From: Atribacterota bacterium
Lineage (GTDB): Bacteria > Atribacterota > Phoenicimicrobiia > Phoenicimicrobiales > Phoenicimicrobiaceae
Length of the DNA: 57,820 nucleotides
Direction of reading: 5' to 3'
NCBI GenBank assembly: GCA_030605615.1
Contig: JAUWHZ010000027.1
Span: forward strand, 1-57,820
The translations under genes and the position numbers were made by a program. Of the stretch, positions 8,634 to 18,524 are shown in pieces; within the stretch, counting starts at the first letter, position 1, and the number at the start of each line of letters is the position of its first letter. The notes under the pieces were generated by a model, which ran no database searches, was not told the origin of the DNA, and worked only from the letters and a program-made list of their open reading frames with translations.

Positions 8634-10241
8634 ATGTCTGAATTTGGAATAACATACAAGATTATAGGTATTGTTGTAGCAAGTGCACTGATGATTATCC
8701 TGGGGAGAGTCGATAAAAAGAAAAAACTTTCTACAGGAAATAAGCTTATATTCCAGATCCTGATTTCTCTAATTGTAATATATTCCGGGGTTAAAATAGA
8801 ATTTTTAAGAGATCCTTCCTCATCCGGCGGGTATCTTTATCTTAACTTTTTAACCATACCTCTGACCATAATCTGGTTAATGAGCATTACTAACTCTATA
8901 GGTCAGGTGGATGAATGGGGAGAGATCACCCCTTATATTATTTTCATTGCTTCTTTAACTTTTTTAGCCGTTTCCCTAATTCAAAGACAAGGGTTAATTT
9001 TGGCAGAAGTTTTGTCTTTAATTTTGGCAGCAGTATCGTTTATTTTTATCAGATACCTGCCACGGAGAAAATTCTCTTCTTATTATATGTCTTTTGGATT
9101 TATATTAGCCATTATTGCTATTGTTGGTGTATTAAAAAGCACAGCTGCTTTAACTCTATTAATACCCCTTTTAATATTGGGGGTTCCACTTATTGATTTT
9201 TCTTATTCTATTGTGGCGGCTTATGCCCGCCCAGAAGTTCAAGGTCAGGGAGATTATCCCTCATTTTCAGAGAGTAGATTGCGACAAAAGTTACAATCTT
9301 ATGGCTTTTCTCCCAGAGGGGCTAATTTAACTATTATCGGTTCATCTCTATATTTAAGTTTTTCTGCCCTGATAATTTCAATAAACCAAAATCTCTATCT
9401 TTTAGTAGTGTTGGTAGTTTTTGGTGGATTAGTTTTTGAATTATTGACAAAACAGGTTAAATTAGGAGAAATAATCATAGGGGAGGATACTTCTAATCAT
9501 CGAGTTAGACTTTTTCAGGTAGGTATTGACCAGATAGATAATCAAAAGACTATTCAAAAGATCGAAGAATTTGTGATTTCTAAAAAACCTCACCTGGTGG
9601 TTACACCAGATACACTGGCTATATTGCGAGCAAGGAGAGATCCGGAATATCATGCTATATTAAAATCTGCTGATTTGATTACCCCTGATGGAGCAGGTAT
9701 TTTATGGGCCACCACGACCCTAAATTATCCTTTGACTGAAAGGGTAACTGGAATCGATATAATAAACAATATATGCCAATTAGCAATAAAGAAAGGGTAT
9801 TCTCTATATTTATTAGGTGCTTCTCCCGGCGTAGCAGAAGAAGCATCCCTAAACTTAACCAGACATTATCCCGGATTAAAGATTGTGGGAAGTCATCATG
9901 GTTATTTTGCTCCCCAAGGAGAAGTAGAGATTGTTAGAGAGATTAAAGAGAAGAGACCAGATATATTATTGGTAGGAATGGGTATGCCCAAACAAGAGAA
10001 ATGGATTGCTAAAAATTTAAACAAATTAAATGTTTCAGTATGTATGGGGGTAGGCGGCAGTTTTGATGTTATTTCCGGGAGGATACCGCGTGCACCACTA
10101 TGGATGCAAAAACATGGAATGGAATGGATTTATAGATCAATTAAGCAACCAAAGAGGGTTTTTTGGGTCTTAGCTCTTTTTTATTTTATCTGGTTGGTAG
10201 TTTTAGGAAAGATAGTATTTACTTTAAAAGAAGCGGATTAA
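8634..10241 (+). CDS. Fusion: degenerate MraY/WecA-like membrane domain + WecB/TagA/CpsF glycosyltransferase
   Basis: C-part PDGAG, ERVTGID, HHGYF, VGMGMPKQEKW, GVGGSFDV, RAP, MEWIYR; N-part polytopic and colinear with WecA. Confidence 0.85.
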   Translation: MSEFGITYKIIGIVVASALMIILGRVDKKKKLSTGNKLIFQILISLIVIYSGVKIEFLRDPSSSGGYLYLNFLTIPLTIIWLMSITNSIGQVDEWGEITPYIIFIASLTFLAVSLIQRQGLILAEVLSLILAAVSFIFIRYLPRRKFSSYYMSFGFILAIIAIVGVLKSTAALTLLIPLLILGVPLIDFSYSIVAAYARPEVQGQGDYPSFSESRLRQKLQSYGFSPRGANLTIIGSSLYLSFSALIISINQNLYLLVVLVVFGGLVFELLTKQVKLGEIIIGEDTSNHRVRLFQVGIDQIDNQKTIQKIEEFVISKKPHLVVTPDTLAILRARRDPEYHAILKSADLITPDGAGILWATTTLNYPLTERVTGIDIINNICQLAIKKGYSLYLLGASPGVAEEASLNLTRHYPGLKIVGSHHGYFAPQGEVEIVREIKEKRPDILLVGMGMPKQEKWIAKNLNKLNVSVCMGVGGSFDVISGRIPRAPLWMQKHGMEWIYRSIKQPKRVFWVLALFYFIWLVVLGKIVFTLKEAD

Positions 10242-10452
10242 TACTAAATAAACAATAATTAGTCAAAAAATAATTATAAAAAGTAAAAGATATTAATTAT
10301 TTGAAAAAGTACTGATAATAATAATTTTAACAGGATTAATCTTTCTGTCCTCTTAATCTTAAATGTTTAAATTGTTACCCCAATTCAATATACCAAAGAC
10401 AGCTGTCACCCTTCATAAAGCACCGTTTTAGTTGATAAATTTTAGGAGATGA

Positions 10453-10932
10453 ATGATGAAAACATACCTGAAAATTGGAATAATTGTAGCTGCCTTATTA
10501 ATTCAACTCACCCTTATTAATTTATTTACCATTCAGGGCCTGAAACCTGATTTAATATTATTAGTGGTGATAGTTTTTTCTCTGTTACAAGGGGCAGAAG
10601 AGGGGACTATTTTTGGATTTGCGTCTGGTCTTTTGCAGGATATTTTTTCCACTGGACTATTAGGTGTAAATGCCCTGGTTAAGACTGTAATAGGTTTTAT
10701 CTGTGGAATTTTAAAAGTAAGGATATTTGCTGAACATATCTTATTTATTATTCCCGTAATAACTTTTATAGTTTCGATTGGCCAGAGCATATTAATATTT
10801 TTGGTACTCCATGCTTTTGGGGTTGAATACAGTTTAGTTTGGAGCTTGAAACAAGTAGCCCTCCCCGAGGCTTTATATAACAGCCTATTATCACCTTTTA
10901 TTTTTCTAGCCGTAAAAAGAATCTTAAAGTAA
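10453..10932 (+). CDS. mreD: Rod shape-determining protein MreD
   Basis: KPDLILL…FGFASGLLQDIFS…GVNAL; upstream of mrdA-rodA. Confidence 0.88.
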   Translation: MMKTYLKIGIIVAALLIQLTLINLFTIQGLKPDLILLVVIVFSLLQGAEEGTIFGFASGLLQDIFSTGLLGVNALVKTVIGFICGILKVRIFAEHILFIIPVITFIVSIGQSILIFLVLHAFGVEYSLVWSLKQVALPEALYNSLLSPFIFLAVKRILK

Positions 10933-10974
10933 AAAATGTAAAAAAAAGTGCCTGGCACAAAATTTTACATTTTT
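10932..10974. repeat. REP palindrome with 4-nt A/A internal bubble
   Basis: aaaaatgtaaaa-aaaa-gtgcc-t-ggcac-aaaa-ttttacattttt. Confidence 0.85.
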
Positions 10975-10998
10975 GAAAAAAGAATTAATAGAGAAAAG

Positions 10999-11874
10999 AT
11001 GATAAAATATAAATATAATAGATGTTTATGGTTGATAATAATAACAGTATTTGTACTTGTGCTTTTAGCCGGGGTTATACCGGTTAGAGCAGAAGTGGGA
11101 GCACCCTTATCAGAAGAGAAGATCGGGGTAGTAGTTACTATCATCCCTTTAGCTGATTTTGTAGAGCAAGTGGGTAAGGATAAGGTGGGAGAAGTTACAG
11201 TTATGGTACCTTCAGGGGCTAACCCTCATACTTATGAGCCGACACCTGTTCAACTCAAAAGGATTAGTCAAGCCCAATTATATGTCAAAGTGGGGTCTGG
11301 AGTAGACTTTGAATTAGCCTGGATGGACAAAATAAGGGTGATAAATAAAGAAATGTTAATTTGTGATTCTTCACAGGGTATTAAGCTGATAAACCAGGAT
11401 CCCCATATATGGCTTTCTCCCCGAAATGCTAAAATTATGGTACAAAATATTTACCAGGCCTTAGCTGAAATTGACCCATATAGCCGAGAGTATTTTGAGA
11501 GAAATGCAATAGAATTTATTAAAAATTTAGACAGGCTGGATGAGGAGATTAGAATTCAATTTATTAGGATGGAGAATAAAACATTTTTATCTTACCACCC
11601 TTCTTGGAATTATTTTGCTAAGGATTATAGCCTTATTCAGTTAGCAATTGAAGATGAAGGTAAGGAGCCGAGCGCTGCCTATTTAGCCCATATAATAGAT
11701 CAAGCGAGAACTTACCATATATCTATTATCTTAGTCTCACCACAATTTAATATTAAAAGTGCCGAGGTGGTAGCTAAAGAAATAGGGATTGAGATTATAG
11801 TAATTGATCCATTATCTCAGGATTATATAAAAAATCTTAAAAAATTAGCCGATGAAATGGTTGGCAATGGGTGA
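10999..11874 (+). CDS. znuA: Zn/Mn ABC transporter substrate-binding protein
   Basis: GANPHTYEP, DPHIWLSP, YHPSWNYF, DPL; start moved out of the REP to ATG 10999. Confidence 0.88.
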   Translation: MIKYKYNRCLWLIIITVFVLVLLAGVIPVRAEVGAPLSEEKIGVVVTIIPLADFVEQVGKDKVGEVTVMVPSGANPHTYEPTPVQLKRISQAQLYVKVGSGVDFELAWMDKIRVINKEMLICDSSQGIKLINQDPHIWLSPRNAKIMVQNIYQALAEIDPYSREYFERNAIEFIKNLDRLDEEIRIQFIRMENKTFLSYHPSWNYFAKDYSLIQLAIEDEGKEPSAAYLAHIIDQARTYHISIILVSPQFNIKSAEVVAKEIGIEIIVIDPLSQDYIKNLKKLADEMVGNG

Positions 11875-11884
11875 TGAATAGATA

Positions 11885-12679
11885 ATGAATCTGGATAATA
11901 AAAATCAAAAGAATAAAAACCAAGAAACTATAATAGAAGTTATAAATTTAAAAAATGTCTGGGTAGATTATGATGATATTGTTGTGTTAGAAGATATAAA
12001 TCTTTCTATATACCAACATGAGTTTTTAGGAATAATAGGACCTAATGGTGGGGGCAAGACCACTTTGCTTAAAGTTGTCCTCGGTTTAGTTCAACCCAGC
12101 AAGGGAGAGGTTAATATTTTAGGGGTAAAGCCAGAAGAGGGCAGGGGATATGTTGGTTATGTTCCACAACACTGTCTTTTTGATCGAGGATTTCCTATAA
12201 GCGTTTGGGAGGTAGTATTGACAGGAAGATTGGGTAAGGGTAAATATTACAAGGCCTATAATAAAGTAGATAAACAAAAGGCACAAGATGTACTTGACCT
12301 TGTCGGAATGTCAGAATTTAAAGGGAAACAGATAGGAAAACTTTCTGAAGGTCAACAAAAACGTGTTTTCATTGCCCGAGCCTTAGTGACTGACCCTAAG
12401 ATTTTGCTGCTTGACGAGCCTTTGGCGAGTATCGATACTCCCTTGCAAACAGAATTTTATGAAATATTAGATAAGTTAAAAGAAAAGATGGCTATTATTT
12501 TGGTTACTCATGACCTTAGTGCAGTCTCGGTTTATGTGGATAAGATCGCCTGTCTAAATCGAAGGCTTTTTTATCATAATTCCAAGGAGATAAGTGTAAA
12601 AGATTTAGAAGAGACTTATCGTTGTCCGGTAGACCTGATCGCCCACGGTATTCCCCACCGGGTATTGAAAAAACATTAA
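11885..12679 (+). CDS. znuC: Zn/Mn ABC transporter ATP-binding protein
   Basis: GPNGGGKTT, GYVPQ, LSEGQQKR, LLLDEP, VTHD. Confidence 0.9.
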   Translation: MNLDNKNQKNKNQETIIEVINLKNVWVDYDDIVVLEDINLSIYQHEFLGIIGPNGGGKTTLLKVVLGLVQPSKGEVNILGVKPEEGRGYVGYVPQHCLFDRGFPISVWEVVLTGRLGKGKYYKAYNKVDKQKAQDVLDLVGMSEFKGKQIGKLSEGQQKRVFIARALVTDPKILLLDEPLASIDTPLQTEFYEILDKLKEKMAIILVTHDLSAVSVYVDKIACLNRRLFYHNSKEISVKDLEETYRCPVDLIAHGIPHRVLKKH

Positions 12680-12765
12680 AAATAATAAAAGATAAAAATC
12701 AATAGAAAAAAGAAAAAAATTAGAAAACTCGAAATTTAAATTAAAATTTAAAGGTAACAAAAAGA

Positions 12766-13593
12766 ATGATGGACATTTTCCAGTATGAGTTTATGAGAAA
12801 TGCCTTATTAGCCATATTATTAGCTAGTATTGCTTGTGGGATTGTGGGTGTTTATGTGGTAGTAAAAAGGATTGTCTTTATAAGTGGAGGGATTGCCCAC
12901 GCCTCTTTTGGAGGTATCGGGTTAGGATATTTTTTAGGTATAAATCCTATTTGGGGTTTAATACCTTTTAGCATTACCTCTGCTCTGGTTATGGGATTGA
13001 TAAGTAAACGTACCAAGATACCAGAGGATACCGCTATTGGAATATTATGGGCACTGGGAGTATCCTTGGGGATTATCTTTATTGGCTTGAGTCCAGGTTA
13101 TGCCCCAGACCTTTTCAGTTATCTTTTTGGTAATATATTAACGGTGACTTCGGCTGATTTAATGGTAATGTTGGTCTTAGATTTAGTGATAATTAAAGTA
13201 GTATTTCTGTTTTATAAAGAATTTTTAGCCCTATCTTTTGATGATGAATTTGCTACAGTAGTGGGAATTCCAACCGAGAAACTGTATCTTCTTCTTTTAT
13301 GTTTGATTGCCCTGACTGTAGTAGTACTGATGAGAGTGGTAGGCATTATTTTAGTAATTGCTTTATTAACCATTCCTGCAGCGATAAGCAAGCAGTTTAC
13401 TGCCAATCTAAAGAAGATGATGTTTATTTCTGTCCTTCTTAGCGCAATCTTTGGTATAATGGGCTTAGTCCTGTCTTATCAGTTTAATTTAGCATCTGGG
13501 GCGACAATAGTGATGGTCTCAGGGATTGGGTTTATGCTTTCCTGGCTTTATAAATATAAATATAAAAAATGTAAAATACAGGTAAATAGATGA
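12766..13593 (+). CDS. znuB: Zn/Mn ABC transporter permease
   Basis: [31 protein letters not shown]. Confidence 0.9.
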   Translation: MMDIFQYEFMRNALLAILLASIACGIVGVYVVVKRIVFISGGIAHASFGGIGLGYFLGINPIWGLIPFSITSALVMGLISKRTKIPEDTAIGILWALGVSLGIIFIGLSPGYAPDLFSYLFGNILTVTSADLMVMLVLDLVIIKVVFLFYKEFLALSFDDEFATVVGIPTEKLYLLLLCLIALTVVVLMRVVGIILVIALLTIPAAISKQFTANLKKMMFISVLLSAIFGIMGLVLSYQFNLASGATIVMVSGIGFMLSWLYKYKYKKCKIQVNR

Positions 13594-13601
13594 TTATAGA
13601 T

Positions 13602-13666
13602 GATCCTGGTATCAAACTTTATCAAAAGGGAAACAAAAGTGCCTGGCACTTTTGTTTCCCTTTTGA
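13602..13666. repeat. REP array: degenerate half-unit + perfect palindrome 13622-13666 with variant 22-bp arms
   Basis: gatcctggtatcaaacttta + tcaaaagggaaacaaaagtgcc-t-ggcacttttgtttcccttttga. Confidence 0.9.
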
Positions 13667-13681
13667 AATTGAGGAGAAAAT

Positions 13682-15445
13682 ATGAAGGAATCTTCTACTG
13701 TTCCGGAAGATGTGAAACAGCGACTAAATTGGGTATTAATATTTATTATTATATGCTTTTCTGTTTTAGTTATTAGTCTGTGGTATCTACAAATGATTAA
13801 AGGAGAAGAACTTAGTAAAAGGGCAGTAGAAAATTGCATTCGTTCATTAGTCGAAGATGCTCCTCGGGGGAATATTTATGACCGTTATGGAGAGATGTTA
13901 GTGACCAATCGGCCAGCGGTGATAGTTTCGATAATTCCGGCGGAGGTTGATAATTTAAAAGAATTAAGTAAAAGATTAAGTAAAATAATTGGCCTTTCCG
14001 AGGAAGTTATTGAGCAAAAAGTAAAAAAATATACGGATAATCCCTTTAAGCCAGTAAAGATTTTAGATGATTGTAGGAAAGATAAAATAATTGAAATCGA
14101 AGAGAGAAAAAGTGAACTAAAGGGAGTGGTTTTAGAGGTTCAACCCAGGAGGAATTATCTTTATCACGAATTAGCAGCTCATAGCTTGGGGCATGTGGGA
14201 GAAATAGATAAAGAAGAGTTGCAAAGATTGGGTAACCCCAAATTCCAGGGAGGAGATATAATCGGCAAAACCGGGCTGGAGAAGTATTATGATGACATTT
14301 TAAGAGGAGAAAAAGGAGGAAAAGAAGTTGAGGTCGATGCCTTGGGCCGAGAAATAGCTCTGCTATTACATCGGAAACCTGTACCAGGCAAAGATTTGGT
14401 TCTAACTATTGATAGAGATCTACAACTCTACGGAGAAAATTTACTTTACGGAAAAAGAGGGTCTATTATAGTAAGTAACCCTTATAATGGCGAGATATTA
14501 GCTTTAGTTAATAGACCTTCTTTTAATCCTAATTTATTTGTCAGTGGAATTTCTTATCCTGATTGGGAGAGACTTTCTTCAGACCCCGATTATCCTTTAA
14601 CCAACCGGAGTGTCCAGGGTGTCTATGCCCCTGGTTCAATATTTAAAGTAGTTACTGCCATAGCTGCCTTGGAAGAAGGGGTTACCAATAGAAAGAGAAA
14701 AGTCTATTGTTCCGGTACTTTTGAGTTAGCTGATCAGGTTTTTACTTGCTGGAAGGAATTAGGGCATGGTAGTTTAAGCTTTGTCGATGGCATTGCTCAT
14801 TCCTGCAATATTTATTTTTATACAATAGGAAAAGAACTGGGGATTGAAGGATTTAGTAAATATATGCATAAATTTGGATTGGGAGAGAAAGTGGGTATTG
14901 ATTTACCAGCAGAAGCTCTAGGAACAATCCCTTCCTCTGAATGGAAGCAGAGGGAGCATAAACAGATATGGTTTCCTGGTGATACTATAAATCTTTCCAT
15001 AGGTCAGGGATATCTTTTATTAACTCCTTTACAGATTCACAGTATTATTTGTGCGGTGACTACAGAAGGGGAGATTTACCGATTACATCTGGTAAAAGAG
15101 ATAATTTCTCCTGATGGGGAAACAATTAAAGAAATTACGCCAGAAGTTTACCGGAAAGTAGATATTTCTACCAGCACTTTTCGAACTGTTAAGGAGGGAT
15201 TAAGAGCTACTATATTAAAAGGAACGGGTTGGCGGGCAAATGTTAAGGAACTATCGATAGCTGGTAAAACCGGAACAGCGCAAAACCCCCAAGGAGAAAC
15301 CCATGCTTGGTTTATGGGATTTGCCCCTTATGAGAATCCCGAAGTTTGCATCACCATTTTTATAGAAAATGGGGGAGAAGGGGGAGAAATAGCTGCCCCC
15401 ATAGCCCGCGCCATGCTGGAGAAATATTTTAATACCCAAAAATAA
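13682..15445 (+). CDS. mrdA: Penicillin-binding protein 2
   Basis: APRGNIYDR, PGSIFK (SxxK), SCN (SxN), KTGTAQ. Confidence 0.95.
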   Translation: MKESSTVPEDVKQRLNWVLIFIIICFSVLVISLWYLQMIKGEELSKRAVENCIRSLVEDAPRGNIYDRYGEMLVTNRPAVIVSIIPAEVDNLKELSKRLSKIIGLSEEVIEQKVKKYTDNPFKPVKILDDCRKDKIIEIEERKSELKGVVLEVQPRRNYLYHELAAHSLGHVGEIDKEELQRLGNPKFQGGDIIGKTGLEKYYDDILRGEKGGKEVEVDALGREIALLLHRKPVPGKDLVLTIDRDLQLYGENLLYGKRGSIIVSNPYNGEILALVNRPSFNPNLFVSGISYPDWERLSSDPDYPLTNRSVQGVYAPGSIFKVVTAIAALEEGVTNRKRKVYCSGTFELADQVFTCWKELGHGSLSFVDGIAHSCNIYFYTIGKELGIEGFSKYMHKFGLGEKVGIDLPAEALGTIPSSEWKQREHKQIWFPGDTINLSIGQGYLLLTPLQIHSIICAVTTEGEIYRLHLVKEIISPDGETIKEITPEVYRKVDISTSTFRTVKEGLRATILKGTGWRANVKELSIAGKTGTAQNPQGETHAWFMGFAPYENPEVCITIFIENGGEGGEIAAPIARAMLEKYFNTQK

Positions 15446-15446
15446 A

Positions 15447-15510
15447 AAAAGTTAACCAAAGGTGCCTGGCACCTTTGGTTAACTTTTGGTAAAGTTTGGT
15501 GCCGGGATCC
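15447..15510. repeat. REP palindrome (15447-15487) plus extra half-unit
   Basis: aaaagttaaccaaaggtgcc-t-ggcacctttggttaactttt-ggtaaagtttggtgccgggatcc; near reverse complement of 5155-5217. Confidence 0.95.
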
Positions 15511-15531
15511 CAATTTTTTGGAGGATGGAAG

Positions 15532-16638
15532 TTGAAAGAAAAATTAAGTAAATTAATTGAAAATTTAGACTATACTTTGCTTTTTGCAGTGGTAATCCTC
15601 TGTTTTTATGGCATACTGGTGCTGTATAGCTCAACTCGTATTGAATCTATGGGGGGGGAGCCGTTTTTTTATGTTAAACGGCAGTTCTTATGGATGATAT
15701 TAGGATTTTTATTTTTAACAGTTATACTTTTTATCGATTATCATCAGATAGAAAGGTATTCAACGGTTATTTATTTTGGGGTTATTGTTTTACTAGCAAT
15801 GGTTATAATTTTTGGTAGGTCAACTTATGGAGCAAGACGTTGGTTATCTATAGGACCTTTTGATTTCCAACCCTCTGAATTTGCTAAAATTGCTTTAATA
15901 ATATTTTTAGCGGATTTTTTATCTAAAAACAAACCAAAATTGGATAATTTTTTCTATTATTTACTGCCTTTCGCTTACACTGGGTTATTAATTTTATTGG
16001 TGTTCATGCAACCAGATTTAGGAACCTCTGTAGTATATTTAGCCATTCTTATAATAATGTTATTTACGGTGGGGGTTAAGATAAAATATTTGGTTTTGAC
16101 TTTTATAGCGGCCTTATCCTCTATTCCTGTTTTGTGGCTTATTTTAAAAGAATATCAAAAGAATAGGTTGCTTTTATTTATTAATCCTAATCTGGACCCT
16201 TTAGGGGGTGGCTATAATGTTATCCAATCTAAGATTGCCATTGGTTCTGGTGGCTTTTTAGGGAAGGGACTTTTTAGTGGTTTGCAAAGCCAATTAAAAT
16301 TTCTTCCTGCTCAGCATACAGATTTTATATTTTCTGTAGTGGGAGAAGAGTTAGGTTTTGCGGGAGCTATCTTATTATTAGGACTTTATGCGATTATATT
16401 ATGGAGAGGAACAAGAATAGCTCTTGAGGCAAGAGATTTATTAGGAACTTTGTTGGCTACGGGAGCGGTGGCTTTCCTTTTTTTTCATATAATAGTAAAC
16501 ATTGGAATGGCTATGGGAATGTTGCCAGCTACAGGATTGCCTCTACCTTTTTTAAGTTATGGCGGAAGCTTCATGATTTCTAATTTATTGGCTATAGGGA
16601 TATTGTTAAATGTGGAATTGCACAAGATAAAGTGGTAA
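15532..16638 (+). CDS. rodA: Rod shape-determining protein RodA (SEDS)
   Basis: GARRW, FQPSEFAK, QPDLGT, AQHTDFIFS, PFLSYGGS; TTG start after GGAGG. Confidence 0.95.
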   Translation: MKEKLSKLIENLDYTLLFAVVILCFYGILVLYSSTRIESMGGEPFFYVKRQFLWMILGFLFLTVILFIDYHQIERYSTVIYFGVIVLLAMVIIFGRSTYGARRWLSIGPFDFQPSEFAKIALIIFLADFLSKNKPKLDNFFYYLLPFAYTGLLILLVFMQPDLGTSVVYLAILIIMLFTVGVKIKYLVLTFIAALSSIPVLWLILKEYQKNRLLLFINPNLDPLGGGYNVIQSKIAIGSGGFLGKGLFSGLQSQLKFLPAQHTDFIFSVVGEELGFAGAILLLGLYAIILWRGTRIALEARDLLGTLLATGAVAFLFFHIIVNIGMAMGMLPATGLPLPFLSYGGSFMISNLLAIGILLNVELHKIKW

Positions 16639-16682
16639 GGTGGTTAACTAGTTAACCAATTTGCATTTAGGGAGAGAAGAAT

Positions 16683-18524
16683 TTGGATATAAAGAAAATA
16701 TTATTTGAAGAATTATTAGACAAAGTAGAAAAACCGGGGAGATATACCGGCAAAGAATTTAACGAGATAGTAAAAGAAGAAAATAAATCCGCGGTCAAAA
16801 TAGCTTTAGCCTTTCCTGACCTATATGAAATCGGAATGAGTTATTTAGGATTTAAAATTTTGTACGAAATTATCAATCGAAGAGATGATGCTGTAGCAGA
16901 AAGAATTTTTTCGCCTGCTGTTGATATGGAAAGATTGTTAAGAGAGCGTCAATTACCAGTATTTTCTTTGGAGACCTACCGACCTTTAAATTCATTCGAT
17001 ATAGTAGGCTTTACTATTCAACACGAATTATGCTTTTCTAATATTCTAAATCTACTTGATCTCGGAGGAATCCCCTTAAAATCCGAAGAGAGAAAAGAGG
17101 AAGACCCCCTGGTAATTGCTGGTGGTCCAGGTGCTTTTAATCCCGAACCCTTATACTGCTTTATTGATTTGTTTGTGATTGGAGAAGGGGAAGAGATTAT
17201 TGAGGGGATTATAGAAGTTTACAAAAAATGGAAAGAAGAAAAAGGAAATCGAGCCGATCTTTTAGAAAAATTAGCCCGCTTAGATGGAATTTATATTCCT
17301 TCTCATTATAAGGTGAGTTATTTTGAAGATGGAAAAATAAAATCAATTATACCTAAAAAAGAGGAGTTTATCCCAATAATTAAAAAACGGATGATTTCCA
17401 ATTTTGATCAAGCATCTTATCCTCTTTTTCCCATCGTTCCTAATATAAATGTGGTTCATGATAGAATAACTTTAGAGGTTTTTCGGGGATGTACGCGAGG
17501 GTGCCGTTTTTGCCAGGCGGGGATGATTTACCGTCCAGTAAGAGAGAAGTCAGTCGAGAACTTGATTAAATTAGCTGATGAAATTCTCGCGCATACCGGA
17601 TATGAAGAGATATCTTTGTCTTCTTTGAGTTCGAGCGATTATAGCGAAATAGAGAAATTAATTACCTTATTAGTAGATAGATTTAAGGAAAAGGGAGTAG
17701 GAATTTCCCTCCCCTCTTTAAGGATAGATAGTTTTTCTGTTGGTCTAGCCCAACAGGTGCAGCGGGTTAGAAAAACTGGCCTTACCTTTGCCCCTGAGGT
17801 AGGGACTCAGAGATTAAGAGATGTAATAAATAAAAATGTTCAAGAAGAGGATCTATATTTATCTATAAGAGCAGCTTTTAAGGGCGGCTGGAGAAAGATA
17901 AAACTTTATTTTATGGTAGGATTACCCACCGAGACTGACGAAGATGTGGAGGAAATTATTAGACTGATGAATAAAGTTGATCGCATGGGTAGAGAAATAA
18001 TTGGAAGGAAGATAAATATAAATATTAGCGTATCTGCTTTTGTACCTAAATCTCATACTCCTTTTCAATGGGATGCCCAGGAAGAGAGGGAGGCCTTATC
18101 TAAAAAAATAAGATACTTAAAGAATAAATTAAACTGGAGAAATATTTCCTTTAGTTACCCGGATATTAATCGAAGTTATTTAGAAGCAGTCTTTGCTCGA
18201 GGGGACAGAAGGTTAGGTGAAGTATTGGAAAGAGCTTATTATCTGGGATGTAAATTTGATGCCTGGAGAGAACAGTTTAATTTTGAAGCCTGGCAAAAGG
18301 CCTTTGCGGAGAGTGGACTTTCTATGGAATTTTATGCTAATCGAGTGCGGAAAGATGATGAGATTTTACCCTGGGACCATATCTCTTGTGGAGTTAAAAA
18401 AGAATATCTGCTTAAAGAGAAAGAAAAAGCCTTAAATGGGGAGACGACCCCTGATTGTCGATTTGATTCCTGCACTTCCTGCGGAGCCTGTGAAAGGAAG
18501 GATTTAATAATTTGGAACGATTAA
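16683..18524 (+). CDS. B12-binding-like radical SAM protein (TIGR03960 family)
   Basis: FPDLYEIGMS, RGCTRGCRFC, TPDCR…CTSCGAC; conserved rodA-rng context. Confidence 0.9.
   Translation: MDIKKILFEELLDKVEKPGRYTGKEFNEIVKEENKSAVKIALAFPDLYEIGMSYLGFKILYEIINRRDDAVAERIFSPAVDMERLLRERQLPVFSLETYRPLNSFDIVGFTIQHELCFSNILNLLDLGGIPLKSEERKEEDPLVIAGGPGAFNPEPLYCFIDLFVIGEGEEIIEGIIEVYKKWKEEKGNRADLLEKLARLDGIYIPSHYKVSYFEDGKIKSIIPKKEEFIPIIKKRMISNFDQASYPLFPIVPNINVVHDRITLEVFRGCTRGCRFCQAGMIYRPVREKSVENLIKLADEILAHTGYEEISLSSLSSSDYSEIEKLITLLVDRFKEKGVGISLPSLRIDSFSVGLAQQVQRVRKTGLTFAPEVGTQRLRDVINKNVQEEDLYLSIRAAFKGGWRKIKLYFMVGLPTETDEDVEEIIRLMNKVDRMGREIIGRKININISVSAFVPKSHTPFQWDAQEEREALSKKIRYLKNKLNWRNISFSYPDINRSYLEAVFARGDRRLGEVLERAYYLGCKFDAWREQFNFEAWQKAFAESGLSMEFYANRVRKDDEILPWDHISCGVKKEYLLKEKEKALNGETTPDCRFDSCTSCGACERKDLIIWND

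Noticed and set aside
2908-15487. Identical ~41-bp palindromes as CRISPR repeats
   Set aside because: Dispersed kilobases apart between genes, no regular spacers, no cas genes
6428-15531. ORF-track N-termini MCLAQNV (6428), MPGTKF (10948), MVPGSQF (15496), and MTSFVPGT (1977)
   Set aside because: Translations of REP sequence; for the three + strand genes better starts lie downstream
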